NCBI GenBank assembly: GCA_030141605.1
Contig: JAQGDQ010000106.1
Coordinates: forward strand, 62,001 to 126,000
Source of the DNA: Tubiluchus corallicola
Taxonomy: Eukaryota > Animalia > Priapulida
Reading direction: 5' to 3'
Length of the DNA: 64,000 nt
The notes beneath the pieces were generated by a model. The model did not search any database and had not been told where the DNA came from. It worked only from the letters and a program-made list of their open reading frames with translations. Positions within the stretch are counted from its first letter, which is position 1. The number at the start of each line of letters is the position of its first letter. The translations under genes were made by a program, and so were the position numbers. This document shows positions 62,845 through 64,000 of this stretch, piece after piece.

Positions 62845-64000
62845 GTAGGCATTTTTGCCAGTTTTTATTAACATAATTTGTTTGCTGTAGCTATGTTGAA
62901 AGTTTTCAGAAATTGCTGACATGTGTGCAAGTGAATTTTCTTCTTAGACATGGTGTTTGAAGTAACATGTCACATTTTTTGCAAACTATAATATTGCAGG
63001 TCTTTGCTTTCAGTTGAAAACTGATACAGCTTTAGACCACTTAAATTGTCATTTCAATACCCCAAGAATGATACTTAGTTGGTTACCACAGCAGTTAATA
63101 TTAGTTCATCCGTCTTCATTAGTGTGTAGAGCATTTAAAAAATGTGCAGCTTGGAGTAAAAAATACGACACTAGGCACTGATGGTATGTTTTTTTGTTAC
63201 TTTTAACCTGCTATTTTGCTTAAAGAGGAAGCTTGGACATAGTCGTCAGAGCCAGAATTATGAAAGCTGATTGCCTTACAGTTGAAAAATGTTTCAAATT
63301 ACATGTATATTCCAATGCTTTTATCCATCTGGACAGGGGCTACAATTTAATGTTTGGTTACTTGTATGTATATATATATATTAAATTGCTACATTGTGTT
63401 GCAGCTAGGTAAGAACTAACCTCAACTATGCCACATACTAATCAAAATTGAAAAAAAGATTAATGTACATTGTTAAAAATATATTTTATACGTAGTGTAG
63501 TTATGGAATGTTGGTGATTATAAATGCTTAAATTGCATTGCTAATTAAAATGTGCAACAACCATTGTATGACTTATTTTTAAGTTATTTGTTACTCCCAA
63601 ATAAGAAATTTCAATAATATAGACTGTCACGTTCTTAGGAGATATTTAAGTTTGCAATCTTTTTCTTCAATCCCAGGGCTCGGAATAACATTTGGTACTC
63701 TGCCGGAAACTCAGCTGAAAATAACTTTCTTGACAGCACTTCCTGTGTAAGAATGTTTTAACCGATGTGCTGAAAAAATGGCTTGTCTGCTGAGTTAAGC
63801 TAGCTATTGCTGTTTTTATCATTTTATTTTATATCACACTGTAACTGCCTGCTGTAAAAATTTTGCAAAAAAAGAATTTATTGTTGACACGTTGACAAAG
63901 TTTCAACTACCAGCATGTTCTATTTAGCCTGGTAGTTTGGCTCCTCCTCTCTTCTCTTTGTAGGTATTGTAAGCTAGGCAACTGCAGCTAAGAGGCTAAG

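Overview
AT-rich, intron-rich invertebrate animal genomic DNA (protostome, probably arthropod-like; inferred, not verified). It is not prokaryotic and has no CRISPR array, rRNA or tRNA gene that I can see. I reconstructed three complete spliced genes by hand from GT-AG sites and phase continuity: mitochondrial PPR protein LRPPRC/bsf (+, 835-26814, 29 coding exons, about 1359 aa), a CREB3L/CrebA-type bZIP factor that seems to lack the transmembrane and luminal part (+, 36219-44466, about 314 aa), and parvin (-, 55649-47023, 11 exons including a 20-nt microexon, 364 aa). The first coding exon of an SLC16/MCT transporter begins at 62649 (+). Mobile DNA comprises a nearly intact 5'-truncated CR1-type LINE, a decayed opposite-strand LINE tail-to-tail with it, a LINE 3' relic abutting the LRPPRC start, Tigger-like MITEs and 5S-like SINE relics. 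Most notable: LRPPRC carries several built-in routes to non-productive or non-linear splicing, namely a ~500-bp inverted repeat bracketing exons 13-14 (circRNA or skipping architecture), a duplicated 3' splice site 80 nt upstream of exon 15, and a competing +4 donor at exon 1. Also notable are a 760-bp apparently exact tandem duplication in the bZIP intron and an in-frame strong-Kozak uORF before the MCT start. All homology calls come from remembered motifs, not from searches.
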